DNA of 60,392 nt, the filler included, from Sphacelaria rigidula (taxonomy: Eukaryota): assembly GCA_964200075.2 (NCBI GenBank). It is 8 parts of 8 records of this genome, joined end to end, with 100 filler letters (N's around TTAATTAATTAA, not from the genome) between each part and the next. Parts side by side here need not be neighbours in the genome. Positions count along the whole stretch, not along the records: positions 1 to 7,463 come from CAXNAA020014815.1; positions 7,564 to 15,025 come from CAXNAA020014816.1; 6 more parts are not named here. One strand, written 5' to 3'. The notes under the pieces are model-generated. The model was given only the letters and a program-made list of their open reading frames with translations, was not told where the DNA came from and did no database searches. Position numbers and translations under genes: made by a program. This document shows positions 1 through 12,800 of the stretch, one piece after another; position 1 is the first letter of the stretch, and the number at the start of each line of letters is the position of its first letter.

Positions 1-180
1 TATAAAGTTCGTCACATTAACGATCGAGATCGTGTTTCCCTCCTATACTGCACAGACCTCAGTCTAGCATTTTCAGCGGATGGCCTATTTTCGGATTTTT
101 TTCGCATAACATTTTCCATGAGCACTTGCTAGCGTCGATAGTTTTGGCAAAAAAGGCAAACCGCGCTCAAATCACAATCG

Positions 181-305
181 CCCAAGTTGGTGCTGTGGGG
201 GCGATCGCGGGTAAAGACGCCGTTTATCAGGAGGGTGTGATTGACCGTAAACGGTCCAAGAAACATAGTTTTCCTACTTTAGCGCAGTGACTAGGTGGAA
301 TTTCA
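181..305 (+). repeat. Dispersed repeat, diverged copies at ~6345-6420 and ~7271-7400
   Basis: CCCAAGTTGGTGCTGT...ATCAGGAGGGTGT...TTGACCG...GCGCA(A/G)TGA.TAGGT(A/G)GAA is shared by the three sites; the middle copy is partial. Confidence 0.75.
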
Positions 306-624
306 AAAAAACAATCCTTGTTGAGTCTTTGTTTACATGATCCGGATCGAGTCGGTCCACCGGAAATACCGAAAAGCTAGAGCCTGGGGTGGTATTTTTG
401 CAGGACCCCCGAAGATCGGTAAAGCCTGTAAGTCACTCATTATTGATCGCAGATATATATATTTTCAACATTTGTCAAGAGGTATAAAATATCTCCGGAT
501 ACCCATTTTTTGGCATCCAATAATCGGAAGTGTTTCCAGTTTTTTACGACAGCAAAACAAATTTGGACAGTCGTTGAGAAACTAAGAAATTACGGATTCT
601 GCAAACTTCTGACGCTGACTACTG

Positions 625-678
625 TAGTCATAGTCATAGTCATAGCCATAGTCATAGTCATAGTCATAGTCATAGTCA
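625..678 (+). repeat. (TAGTCA)9 microsatellite
   Basis: Nine hexamer units, one with a substitution. Confidence 0.95.
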
Positions 679-1986
679 ATCTTCGAGATTTAATATAGCC
701 AACGTCATTCCTAGTCAATAATATGAAAAGCGGTATTCTGGAGGGTTAGGCATCCAGACACAGTGCACCTGATGTCTGATGAGATTGCAACTTCGAAAGT
801 GTGCAGGTTGAGGCCGCAGGTAGGTGTTAGAGCCACAGTATCGGCGACCCAAGGCTTCTAACTAAATGTGCTGCGTGGGTCGAAAGGATGATTATGAGCA
901 ACGGGTACCTCAGTCGGAAGTGTTTCCAGTTTTTTACGACAGCTTTAGAGGGTACAGAATCAGGCAGGCGGGGAAGCGCCCGCAGATCTTGCCAGCATAG
1001 CCGTTGAGCTCGGCCCCGCTCATCAGTCAACGCTCGCAGTAACACAGATAACCACTGTTCAGACTTCCTGATATCTTCGAGGTTGCTGTCCTCAACATCC
1101 ATACGCCATCTCGCGCAATACATGGCCTCGAAGCCGAGTCGAACAGAACTGTGTCTTCTGCCGAGGATCACTCTGAAGCTGGTCGAGGAAGGGACAACGT
1201 CCTCTTACAGACAGTACGAGATCTTGAGTGTACATAATTACCACAGAATGACCACCCCTGCGGCGGTGGCTCTTGTGTTGCGTGTTGTGTTGTCGTCCCA
1301 TCTATTCTGGACGCCGGTCTTCACCCTCCAGTATATGTGGGCGCACTAGCCGGGGTCACACAGGAGGAAGGTCAACACAGGAGCTTTTCCTTTATTTTTT
1401 TATTTTTCAGTTCTCCACCTTCCTTCTGAGGTGCTTGCCCTTCTTTTGTAACGTGTTCTTCCATCAATCTCACCCTGAAACTTGTGGTGACAGGGCTCCG
1501 ACGTGCATATCTGATCGATTTCTTGGCGGTTTTTTTTACCGCTTCACTTGGTCTCGGAATGGGGCAGAGTGCAAATTTCAATTTCCACGGATGGATCGCG
1601 GGTATTCCAGCCTCATGAGGGCGTAGTTCGCGTCATACAGTCAGTACAGTACTGCCGGCTCGGAGCACACGGTGCCAACTTCGGCGCATATTCGAGTCGA
1701 AGGATATATTTCCTGTATTAAGCACATCCGGCCTGCACGGTGCAATGCATCCTATCGCCATCCGGACGCTCAGCCCGTGACGCAGTGTATACCACCGGGT
1801 TTCCGTGCTGGTGTGGATACCCCTCTTCCAAGGCCGTGTCCCCCTCTAGCTTCAGCACAGTTCACAAGGTGGAGCCTGGCCATTTCAAAGGAATATCACG
1901 CCTTGAAAATAATTCTCCAAGAATCATACATATTATTGAACGGGATAAACGCTGCACGGGACCCGTAGGTAAGGTACCGTGCTGAG

Positions 1987-2300
1987 GGTACCCCCGGTAT
2001 TTACCGGGGTATCCCATACCGTGGTACGCGTGGGTATCGTAGGTATGAGTTTAAAAAATACTTGATTGAGCGTGTACGTAAGTATTGAAACCTCGAAATA
2101 CCGTGGTATCGTAGGTATCGTAGGTATGACATTTGAAAATACCTGATTAAGCGGGTGCGGTAGGTACTGGTATCTCAAAATACCGTGGTATCGTAGGTAT
2201 GGTAGGTGTGGTATTTGAAAATACCGGATTAGGTTGGTATCGGTGGGTATGAGATGCCCCAAACACCAGTACCGGGTACCTGCCTTACCCCCTGTACCGA
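1987..2300 (+). repeat. Minisatellite-containing repeat, copy 1
   Basis: Tandem ~80-bp subunits built on GAAATACCGTGGTATCGTAGGTAT...GAAAATACCTGATT. Begins CCGGTATTTACCGGGGTATCCCATACCGTGGTA. Confidence 0.85.
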
Positions 2301-2619
2301 CTTTAAAACTGTCATCCGGCAGTGCGGAGGAGCGTTTCAGGGCGTGACTTAGCACTTTTTCTTCGATCGAAAAAATGGGGCGGTGGTATTGATTCGAGAG
2401 AAAATCGCTCACTTTTGTCGGGTTGGGTCCACGCGAATTTTCAAGTTTTCGATCGAAAAAAGACAGTGAAAGTAATCAAACGGTACATGGTCACTCATGC
2501 ACAGTACAGGCAGTCCGTACTGTGTGCACTGCTCGCAAGCAGTGTGTCTTGAATGCGTGTGCGCGTGTTTCGTGCTGTAGGGTTTTCGAGAGAAGCGGGC
2601 AACGTGGGGTGTAGAAAGC

Positions 2620-2860
2620 CCATGATCATAAGTTCTCTCTGCTTACAATGCGACGCGAAAAGGACTTGAACAACGTGCAGCTTTTGTACCGCCTGCTCTG
2701 TCCTTGAGCGTGTACGTACCTCGATTGCCCGCCGCACCACGCAGTTTCGTCGCTGAATCTACCATGAAAGAATATGCGCAAGTTTTCGCCAGCAAAAACA
2801 AACAAAGTATGCCCAACTACCGCAGTGTATCTATCCCTGTGCTCAACTCGTACTCGATGC
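2620..2860 (+). repeat. Dispersed repeat shared with scaffold 4 (~22880-23180)
   Basis: Collinear blocks GAAAAGGACTTGAACAACGT, ACCATGAAAGAA..TGC.CAAGTTT and CCTGTGC.CAAC.CGT.CTC in both places. Confidence 0.75.
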
Positions 2861-3296
2861 TGCAGGATTGCGGTGGTAGCTGAGAATGAGTTGGATGGAG
2901 TTTGCATGGTTCTGTAAACGCGTCTTATCTGGCATAGTGTTCTGTAAGATAGGAGTCAAGTGCCCCCTCGTGCCTTTCGACCGCATGCTTTCGATCTGAA
3001 AAGCTTAGCTCTTTTCTTTCGTAGTTTTTCTCCGCGCGCCACTAATCGAGGATTCGAGTTGAAGCCTTCTAAGAACAGAAATGCGGTGGACCTATCAGAT
3101 GCGATCGAGAAGAAGACGTTCGACTGCACTTTAGACTACATGATAATGAGTTCATTCGAATTGATCTAAACACGAAAATCAGGGGGAACATTCTCGGTAT
3201 ATATTACTCGTGAAAACAAGACGTACCTGCTCCGACAGCATCCTAACCCTTCGCGTAAGTTGGGACCAGCTGGTGCACCGTGGGATATGCATCGCG

Positions 3297-3685
3297 TCCG
3301 GTATTTACCGGGGTATCCCATACCGTGGTATTCGTGGGTATCGTAGGTATGAGTTTACTGTAGAAAATACCCGATTGAGCAGGTACGGTAGGTACTGAAA
3401 CCTCGAAATACCGTGGTATCGTAGGTATCGTAGATAAACGTTCTGAAAATACCTGATTGAGCGGGTACGGTAGGTATTGAAATCTCGAAATACCGTGGTA
3501 TCGTGGGTATCGTAGGTACGGCATTTGAAAATACCTGATTGGGTGGGTACGATAGGTATTGACATCTCGAAATACCGTGCCATCAAGGGTGTCGTAGGTA
3601 TGACATTTGATTGGACTGGTATCGGTAGGGTATGACATGTCCCAAATACCGGTACCGGGTACCTACCATACCTACGGTGCCTGTG
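3297..3685 (+). repeat. Minisatellite-containing repeat, copy 2
   Basis: Same start and end (GTACCGGGTACCT) as 1987-2300, with one more subunit. Confidence 0.85.
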
Positions 3686-3979
3686 AAACACTACTGCGGA
3701 TATCATGCATTCAGAATCAAGCACGAGAATCAACCAGATATGATGATAGCTCATATCAAAAGGCATCGATGCATCGATGCGGGCGGATGTCTGACGGACA
3801 ACCCTGCGTGCGGGAGCCGGTTAGTCCCCTCAACCGTCAGGGTGGGGAGCCTCCTGAGAGTTGGCCCCATTTTTCTTGAATAATGAAATCAAAACTCAAG
3901 TGACACGCTGCGGTCAAAGGTTTTCATACGGACAAGAGCGATCGCTTTATGCCGACAAACAGCGACCAGGTACTGCAGA

Positions 3980-4249
3980 TGAGCCCACATGAAAGGCAGT
4001 CTTACACCGTACTCTCGTGTTCTGTGCTCCTGTGTACTGTCCCGTACAGGAGTGAATTGACTGTACTCCTTCACGTTGTCGTTGTGTATCATCCTTTGCG
4101 TCAGACAGTACAAGTCCTGTGAGCCCACATGCAAGGCAGTCTTGCACCGTTCTGTCTCGTGCTCTGTGCTCTTGTGTGCTGTACACCCTACTGTACTCCT
4201 TCACGGGGTTGCCGTGTATCGTTTTTTGTGTCAGACAGTACAAGTCCTG
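3980..4249 (+). repeat. Two-unit tandem repeat (~130-140 bp)
   Basis: Both units run TGAGCCCACATG.AAGGCAGTCTT.CACCGT ... GTCAGACAGTACAAGTCCTG. Confidence 0.85.
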
Positions 4250-6193
4250 GAGTGGCTGACTGCACTCGTTCCCGCACCTCGAACCGGGTCAACATCGAAA
4301 GATGCCAGCAACGCCAGTACGTCATCCGACAGCTCCATCGGCGGCTGGACAGCCTCCCTCTCGTGCCCATCCGCCCCATCGTAAAGGTCAAAGCCAGCTT
4401 CGTCTTCCACCACCATGTTCCCGCTATCGAAAGCACCACGCGGTCCAACCGCGGCCCTGTATCAGGTTGTGAGTAATCGAGGTTGTGTGTGGAGTGGACG
4501 GGCAATAGCGTTAGGCACAGGGGCAGCAGGCGCCAGGGAATCACTACGAGTGAGGTTAGGGCGGACGACGATCATGGCCGTCTGGACGGTGCCGCGCTGC
4601 TCCTGAAACGGCATGCACGGTCCAGTCCAGTACGGTGCGTAGTTTCGTGGTCGCAGTCACCCCAGCACTACAGGCGAGGGCACATTCGCGATCGTCAAGG
4701 CCAAATTTTGAGATTTTCGAGTTTAACACGTTAGACAACGACTTGAATGCACAATAGTTCATCGATGACTCACGGTAGTATATGAAAACCATTGGTCAAC
4801 ATGGATATGGGCGGGAGGTGCATGGTGGCGCAGGTGACGAGAAAATCGCTGTCCCCCCGCGAGGAGTTTCTACCGTGACTTCAGGGGTGGTTTCCACCGT
4901 GTCGGCCTAGAGCGCACGAATGACAACAGTTTCGGATGGTATGGAAATGTATTTGAGGTGTTTGAAAGATGAGAGAAACGAAAAATGAAAAGTAGCTCCT
5001 CACCCGGGGATTCGATGGCACGTATCCTTTCAAAAATATATTATCACATGGGTGGTATCTACCGTTTTGGTATACTACGCACGAACGGAGATGCACCTAG
5101 ACACACACGAGAACGTCGATAAAACGTGTGAATAACAGCGTAATCTTCTCCGAACCCTCATTTCTCCCCATCCAGGGATGAGTCCCGTCCTCAAACATGA
5201 GGGTGTTTCTTTTCTGCCGTTCTGACCAGTTACATACGCCTTTATGCACAAATGGCGATGCTCCTTAATACGCGGGAGGGGATCGCATCCAACGTATCCC
5301 ACTAGGTTTTGACCTCTTCCTTCGTCCATCCCTTTTTCTGGGGATAAAAAAAAACACCAACGCACCCCCTTCCCGAACAATGTCAGCGCGAAGGGGGTGT
5401 TTTCCAACGTTTGAACCATTTGCGGCCGGACAACAATGAATCTGAACACGTGACTGATACCGATAGTAAGCAGATAATCTACCCTAGATAGTCACACCTC
5501 CCGTTTATCTCAACCCTTTTGGAACCGTTGATGGAAAAATGACGATTTACAATTGACGTTTCCTCGGGCAAGATATGTTTTTTTTTTCTGCAAGTGTTGA
5601 TGATGCAGCCCACCAAAACAGTGGACCACTCCAAGTTCAAGTATACTAATGTGGCAGATTCGTGCACCGAACTCGAAGTGACGTTTCCCCGGTGACGTAA
5701 GCTCGCATATGGAAGTTTGTGTTGTTTTTCTCGAGTTCCAAAAGGGATAACAGAACTGCAGAGACCCCGGCGAAGATACGGCTACATCCCCTCCAGAAGC
5801 ACGCGAAGGGATTATCATCTACCATCAGGACCTGTTCGATGTAAATGGCAATGCCCCTGAACAAGAGGAAGACGTCAATGGAACGTGTTCACCCTTCCCT
5901 ACGGCTTCATGAATCCCCAAGCCCCCCATACTCTCTCGCGGGGACAGTGCCAACGCATCCCTTCCCCGGACATTCTCAGCGGGAAAGGGGGTGTTATCCG
6001 ACGTGTTCGCATTTGCGGCCGGTCGACAACGAACCTCAACACACCAGCGGTGCCAAGAAAAATCCTTCAACCTACTCTAAGTAGTATAAGCTCTTGTTTT
6101 TCTGAATGGGACTGCAGACACCCTGGGGGAGATCATGTTCCATCCCCTCCCTCTAAGTACATGCTACCATAACCTAATGTTAGGGCCTGTTAA

Positions 6194-6291
6194 CCCTTAG
6201 ACGGATAGAGTAGGACATACGCTGGATCGGCATCAATTTCACTTGAAAAAATTATGCACGATCCAGATGGACGACCCTCGCGGTTCAAGGG
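6194..6291. mobile_element. Tiny piggyBac-like non-autonomous element
   Basis: TTAA|CCCTT ... AAGGG|TTAA. The TIR is imperfect beyond 5 bp. Confidence 0.55.
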
Positions 6292-6519
6292 TTAAGTACG
6301 AGTGGCGATGCCCCTTAACACGAACTTTATCACCATAAAAAGTGGCAGGGAGTGCTATTTACCGTTTTGATCCAAAAAGCTTTTGTTTTCGGCTTTAGCG
6401 CAATGAGTAGGTAGAAATCCACAAGAAAGCGCCCGTAAATTTTTCCCTAGAACAATAGGGATTGGCCCACCCCTCTTCAAAATACAAACACGGCCAACCG
6501 TAGAATGTATAGACGCGCA

Positions 6520-6615
6520 TCACAAAGCAGCTTCTCAGGTTTCCCAAATCAGCCCGACTTCAGCATATTGCTGTGAAGTGCAGACGAAGCTGGTAACGCA
6601 CGGCTCCGCCGTTGG
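6520..6615 (+). repeat. Dispersed repeat shared with ~37570-37660
   Basis: CAGCTT...GTTTCCC.AAT..CCCGA...AGCATAT..CTGTGAAGTG.AGAC.A..CTGGT.AC.CACGGC.CCGCCG in both. Confidence 0.75.
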
Positions 6616-7406
6616 TCGATTGGCGCAGTTTTGGCGATGACGTCATTGTACTGCATCGACTGCCGGGTGCGTTTCATATCGCGGCGTGAGAGCGTGCTCT
6701 GTTTTGTTTTGTTTTACCGAAAACGCGGCGGAATTCGAGCAAACGCGGTGAAATTACGCATGTATGACAACTTTGACAAGCACGGTCAAGAGTGCACAGG
6801 AAATGCTCCGAGATGGCATCAAGCTCGTTAGCAGCTTCATAAGAGGGGACTTCCGAACCGGTTGTCACATATAACGTGCACAGGCACAAGTACCAACTGG
6901 GACTGGGCTGCAATGTTTTTCCTCGACCACATGGTCGATGGTGATCGTTTCTTCGTACGTCTGGGGAAAAATAAATCATGAGATTTTCCCAGTTTTTGCT
7001 GATTTTTCGAATCGCTCCAACTTTTTGTTCTTTTCTTCTCTCTCTCTGATGGCATCCCGAGAAACGTTGCGCGTGTTGATAAAAATGCCGCGTTAAATTT
7101 TCAGCGCCTAACTCCTCAAATTGAGCACCGCCTGACCGGAAAACGCAGTTGAGTCATTCCCGTAGGTGGGTGTTTTGTTTAATTTCCTCGTCAAATATTC
7201 TTCCTTAGCACTCGAAAGCGCTGAAGTTGATGAATATTGGGAAAAAACAGGTCGTGCTAAGGACACGATCCCCCAAGTTGGTGCTGTCGGGGCAAAACGG
7301 AGTAAGAATCTCACACATCAGGAGGGTGTTATTTATTGACCGCCATTGGTCCAAAAACACAGTTTTTCGGCTGTAACGCAATGAATAGGTAGAATTTCAG
7401 GAGGGA

Positions 7407-7463
7407 GGTGTACTCATGATCATGCATGCCATAGTCATAAGACCATTGACCTCGCAACCCTAC
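7407..7463 (+). repeat. End of a high-copy repeat (GGTGTACTCATGATCATGCATGCCATAGTCAT...) at which scaffolds break
   Basis: The same sequence ends scaffold 1 and scaffold 6 (45249-45272). Its reverse complement begins scaffolds 6 (37812-37874) and 8 (52933-53007). Confidence 0.9.
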
Positions 7464-7563
7464 NNNNNNNNNNNNNNNNNNNNNNNNNNNNNNNNNNNNN
7501 NNNNNNNTTAATTAATTAANNNNNNNNNNNNNNNNNNNNNNNNNNNNNNNNNNNNNNNNNNNN
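7464..7563. other. Artificial scaffold linker (44 N + TTAATTAATTAA + 44 N)
   Basis: The 12-mer has stops in all six frames. The same 100-nt structure recurs seven times at ~7560-bp spacing. Confidence 0.98.
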
Positions 7564-9823
7564 TAATCCTCCGGGTTCTCATCCTCAATCAATAGCACCA
7601 TCCTCAACATAGATGATTGGCTGTTATGTCCTGTTCCCGGAGATTTGGGTTGCACAATAAGCCCTATATATTTGGGCTCCCATAATAACGAGACCCAGAA
7701 ACAAAAAGTGCAACCCCTATCGTAGCATTGCTCGTTAAATTATTGCACTATCCACCCTCCCTCCAAGTGTAGGTTAGTGTTTCCTAGCTTGACTGGTTGG
7801 CGATGGAGTGCGCTTGTTTCCACAATAATTTCGGGCAGAACGGCCTGAGTTGATTGAATGATGATATCGGTACCTGAAGCTATCTCTTGATGGACTTCTA
7901 TATTTGGCGCTGGATCCACATTGTCATGAGGCTAGGAGGCGTTTATGACCAGACCCGGTACGGGTATAGACGCGGGTCTGATCAGGCCTGACTAGGTCGG
8001 ATGTGAATTCGATTAAAGGGAACAGGTTACGGTTTTAGCAGCTCCCCCCCCCCCCGTCGTTTACTCGCGAGGTGGAGCCCTACTGCTAAGCATTGCTGTA
8101 GCTAGTGAGCAACGTGAAAGAGCATTGAACAGAGCGATAACGAATACGAGTGAACAAAAGTCTTTCAGATCAAGTGGATATCAGCTTGCCGTGTGAAGCT
8201 ATTCTTGGGTATGACTTATTTCGGACACGACTAAATTTACCGTTGCGGGCACTTTTATACTGGCCCTTCTGCACCTTACAGCGTGCGTTGAGGTGCGCAT
8301 ATCACAACCTCATCACGTTGGCGTTCGGCTTGGAGAATCTGCTTGATTGACGACTTGCTTTTCCTTTCCAAAGTAGAGGAGTTGTTTGCTTATCAGCTCT
8401 CGGTACTGGCTTCTGGTTGACGTTTTCCCTTCTCACTGTAGCCTTCTTTCCGCATTTTGTTGCATGAGTCAATTGATTTTCATTCATCTGATAATTTTTT
8501 ATAGTAGCCATCACGTATAGGTGCACATCATGTGTACACGCAATTGTCTCAGCAGCAGGCTTTTTGCTGCTGGTTCCGTCCAGCGCTCTTCGCTGCCGCA
8601 CGCCTTTACCTGAACCGTGATTTCCATGCCCTTCCAGACGCGCTGCTCTTACTTCTTCTTGTACCCATCCCCCTCGACCCTCATTCTGCCCGCGCACGTT
8701 TTGTTGTGTTGTGTTGGCCGACTGCGCACCTGTACTTGGCTATCCCTTTGATATTTCCCCTGAAATCTATCTGCTCCATGCTGTCATACAGATACCTCTT
8801 TTTCGGCAGATATCCCATATGCGCTCAACCCCCGCCCCCCGCCCCCCTCATATTATCTGTCCGCTTCCGTGCAGCACAAACCGGGACCATCACGCAACAT
8901 TATACGCGGGGTTGCCGTGAAACCCACGGTATTGTTCCTGCACTACGGTACCGGCTTTAGTTCCCGAGAACCCGCTCCCCCTTGTTCGCGCAACGCGATC
9001 TGTCCTTGTTTTTTACTGGATTCTTGGGCGTGTGTGCTTGTGTATTCCTGCAAGTTGTTGAACGCAAATTTCCGTCCCTTCCCTTTGTTCCTTGCCCTGT
9101 GGTACACAGTTTTGCTAGAGTCGTTCCCCGGTACCCCCCCTCCCCCCCCCTCCACACGTATTTGCCTCTCTTTTTTCTTCTTAGTTCTGAGCATAGCCGC
9201 CCTCCCCAGCTGGGAGTTGTTCCTGTCTCTCGTTACTATTTGAGTAGCGGCGCGGCGTTGAAACTGGGCCCATGTTGTCAAGTCACCACGTTGAATTTAC
9301 AACCTTTTCCCAGCTTCGACTCTGGCAGTTCATTTCTATCTCTTCTACTGGGTGTCCCGATTGAGTATTTGTGATCGTCCCACACCCTACTTTGCTACAC
9401 TATGAGAGGCTAATCTCCAGGTTCTTGTGTTGCTCAGTTTTCTGTTTTATCGAACATTTCTCTTGAGCATCTTGGTTTTGACTCCCTGTAGTATTCCGCC
9501 CCTGTACTGTGGCTGTCTGGACACCCTATCCTGCATTCGTGACCTCGTTTCACAAAACAAAAACACTCCAACTCGCGTATTGGTTTTCGCCTCTTGCCCT
9601 GGGTTTTCCAAACGTATAGCTTCAAGCCGTTGCATACACTTCACGTATATCGCAACGTATCACCACTGCTTCCTCCCCCAACTTGGGAGCTCAACCGCCC
9701 TGTCGTACGCGGAGTTAAACTTAAGAACCTCCCGGTTTTTCTGGAAATGATGTTGATTGAGCTTCTGCGTCGCGGAAACCCGCCTCGAGCGCTGCTTGGT
9801 ATATCGGATTTGACAACCAGCTG

Positions 9824-12800
9824 ATGCAATCCCATTTTCCCCCCTTCAGCTCAGACTTCGCACATAGCGAGACATTCCGTACCCCGCCCGCCCCTCCCGA
9901 CAACGACCGCCCCAGACTGGCACACTCTGTGTTCCACCCCTCCACCACGCCGGCGGCAGCCATGGTCCAGCAGCCGCCACCTGACACCACCGTCAGTGAT
10001 GGTCCTTCCCTGACACACTAAGTGTCCAAACCCTTTCCCACGCCAGTGGCACCCATGGTCGAACCTCCACCCCGTGACACAACCGCCAGCGCGGGTTCTA
10101 TCGCGCAACCTTTAATACCGCGCCGTTCCGACATGCAGGTGACACCCATGACCGAACCTCTGCCCGCTGGCACTACTGCCAGCGCTGCACCATTGGTACA
10201 CCCCACGCCGACCACCGCGACTAACTTTGCCCCATCGACTGGTTTTGACTCCTCGGCTGCTGTCTTTGCTTCTGCGCTTCAGAACGCAGAGTACACGTCT
10301 TCAGCCCCGGTTACTGATCCCACCGTAAACTTGGCCGCGGCATTGCAACTTATATGCAATGCTCTGCTCCGCCCTCATTCCGCCCCCGCCAACATACCAG
10401 TTGCTCCAGGAGACCAGCCTCGACAATCCGCGCCTCCACGCGCTGGACCTCGGCTTTCACCCCCACACCCCCGCTCGCCTTCCCTTCGGTATGCCGTCGA
10501 TGAAAACGATCGATCGACGAACCACCGTGACGGGAGTTTGAGGCATACCTCTCATTCCTCCCGTATTTTTACTGCCTCGAGGGCTTCTTCACGTCGGCGC
10601 TCCCCACGTAATAATGTTGCTGTTCACGCTGACGCCATGAGATATCTCTTCAGATCTCCCTTAGGAATCGGCGATCGCATATTCCATTGACCAACCGCCC
10701 TACGACTCACGCCGTCGCCATCGCCGTGCTCGACTCACACGCGATGTCTCTTCCCGCTCTGGCGCCGCAGCCATCCGTTCCTGACGGCGACGACTTGCCG
10801 ATCTACAGCGCACAGTACAAACAATCGTAGACAACGTCATATCTCCGCCCCCCACCGCAGCCCACACCGCCGCAGTTTCTGCTGCCCCAGCCCCAGCTCC
10901 CGCTGCCGCCACCGCTCCGACCACCACCGCTGCCGACACCGACGCCGATAGTGGCAGTCGCACTGGTTCCCGGCCCCCTTGTGCACTCGCACTCGCTTCA
11001 AACCTCCCTGCATCCATTGTCGCGCCGTCCATCCATGCGCCTTAGCCGCAGCAGGACCGCCCACAGCTGGGTCCGGAGTATTGCCCGCTCGGGCTACTCC
11101 CACGTATTTTCATAGCCCATGGTCGCACTGCCCAAGAATAACTCATACACAAGTATGCTCTCCACGCGCCAGCGATGAATTCTTACGACAATCGTCAACG
11201 CAATACAGATACAGCGGCGTCTACACTCCTCACCGAGAAGTATAACGCTGAACGACGCAAACTAGAGAGGGAGCGTTCACGACTCGAAAATGAACGTACA
11301 ACTGCTCAACGTTCGCTGGCGGAGATCCACGCGACGACGCAGTAATAGGTTGATAAGGCCGCTAGTGAGAAGGCCCAGATCCAGCAACCTACCGCGCGGC
11401 TGCTGGAAATTGACTCCCGTTTAGAGCAGGACCGAGCCTCTGACGCCGTAGCCGCTCCTTTCTCTCACCCCACGCCCTCCCCACCCACCCCTACTCCGAC
11501 CGCCCGCACCGACACCGGCGCCACACCGCAACGCTTCTCCATCCACTACGATGAAACACCTTGGCTCACGCTCTCTATGCAGTCTTTCGGGCAAGTACAC
11601 CCCCACGAGTCCTTTGCAGAGCTCTAGTGAGGCTTGACTAGCGCTCGCTCGACCACTCCAGGGCGCAGCAGCGTCCTATCTGGACCATGCCGGAGTGTGT
11701 CCTCCCGACGGTCCCCTTTCGCTTACCATTGGCCAATTAGTCCGCCACATCCAACAAACCACTCCTCACGAACTGTTCATTGTCGAGATTTTCGACGCGT
11801 TGCGCGCCGCCTTTCAGTCCGCCACAGCCCAAGGTGATGACGGTTGGATCGCGGTGATCCCTGGTCGTCGACGCCACGGGCATACTGTTGTCAATGATGA
11901 CCGCAATCGCGGCAGTGGTTCTCGGAACCACCACGGAAGTGGAAGCTCCTCCTCTGGGAGGACCCAACCGCGCCTTGTGATCCGTCCCACAACCAGTCTG
12001 AACAGGACTCACCAGTGTGGAGGCCCGTCGAGCTCTTCTTCCGCCTAGGCCAGGATTCGATCTGCCGCGAAGTCACCCCCGTCGGTTTCTGCCGATCTAA
12101 GTCGGGCTACACCGCGTCTAGCAGACGTTTCGGGTCAGATTCTAGGCCTTTCGGATGACAACAACTCAGGTAAACCGTTATATTCCACTTCGGCTCGCAC
12201 TCTAGCTGCTGCCGCCGCCGATCGAGAACAAGCCGCAGTTAGTGCAGCAGCGGCCGCCGCTTCAGCTGAATCCGCCCACGTCGCCGCCATCCAGAGAGAG
12301 AATACATTCAAATTGATGTGAAGAAAACTTTGGCATGTTAGAACCATGCCTGCAGCCGACAACGAAGACCCGGGGCAATTCACTTGTGCCCTCATCATAT
12401 GTATTCGTCGTACTGTTCGAAACACCCTTCAGCTTGCAGACTCTATGGGTGCTGAACGCTTCGAAGATTCCGACTGGGTTGATGGATGGCAGACTCCTTC
12501 CCATAAAGCTCTGCACCGTTCCATCATCTATCGCTCGCCCGAGACTGTCGCTGCTCTGACACAATTCCTTGATGGTTTCATGGCCGTTATGGATCCGGAC
12601 CGCGCCTCGGGGAAGCCAGGCCTGGCTTTACTCCGTGATCTGGAGCGCCGTTTGACGGCCTGGTTCGATCGCAGCACTCAAGGGAGTGCTAAACAACGAC
12701 TTTTTCCTTTCGGTGTCGCAACAGATGTCCCCTTCGCAGACTACGCTCAAGAGTTCAAGCTCCTCATTTCCCGCACTATGGGGGTAGGTCGCCGGACTGA

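Noticed and set aside
776-798. Hammerhead-like CTGATGA...GAAA
   Set aside because: Stem II is weak, and no stem I/III arrangement with an NUH cleavage triplet can be built.
1987-3685. CRISPR-like appearance of repeated GAAATACCGTGGTATCG
   Set aside because: The intervening sequences are themselves homologous rather than unique spacers, the context is eukaryotic, and there are no cas genes.
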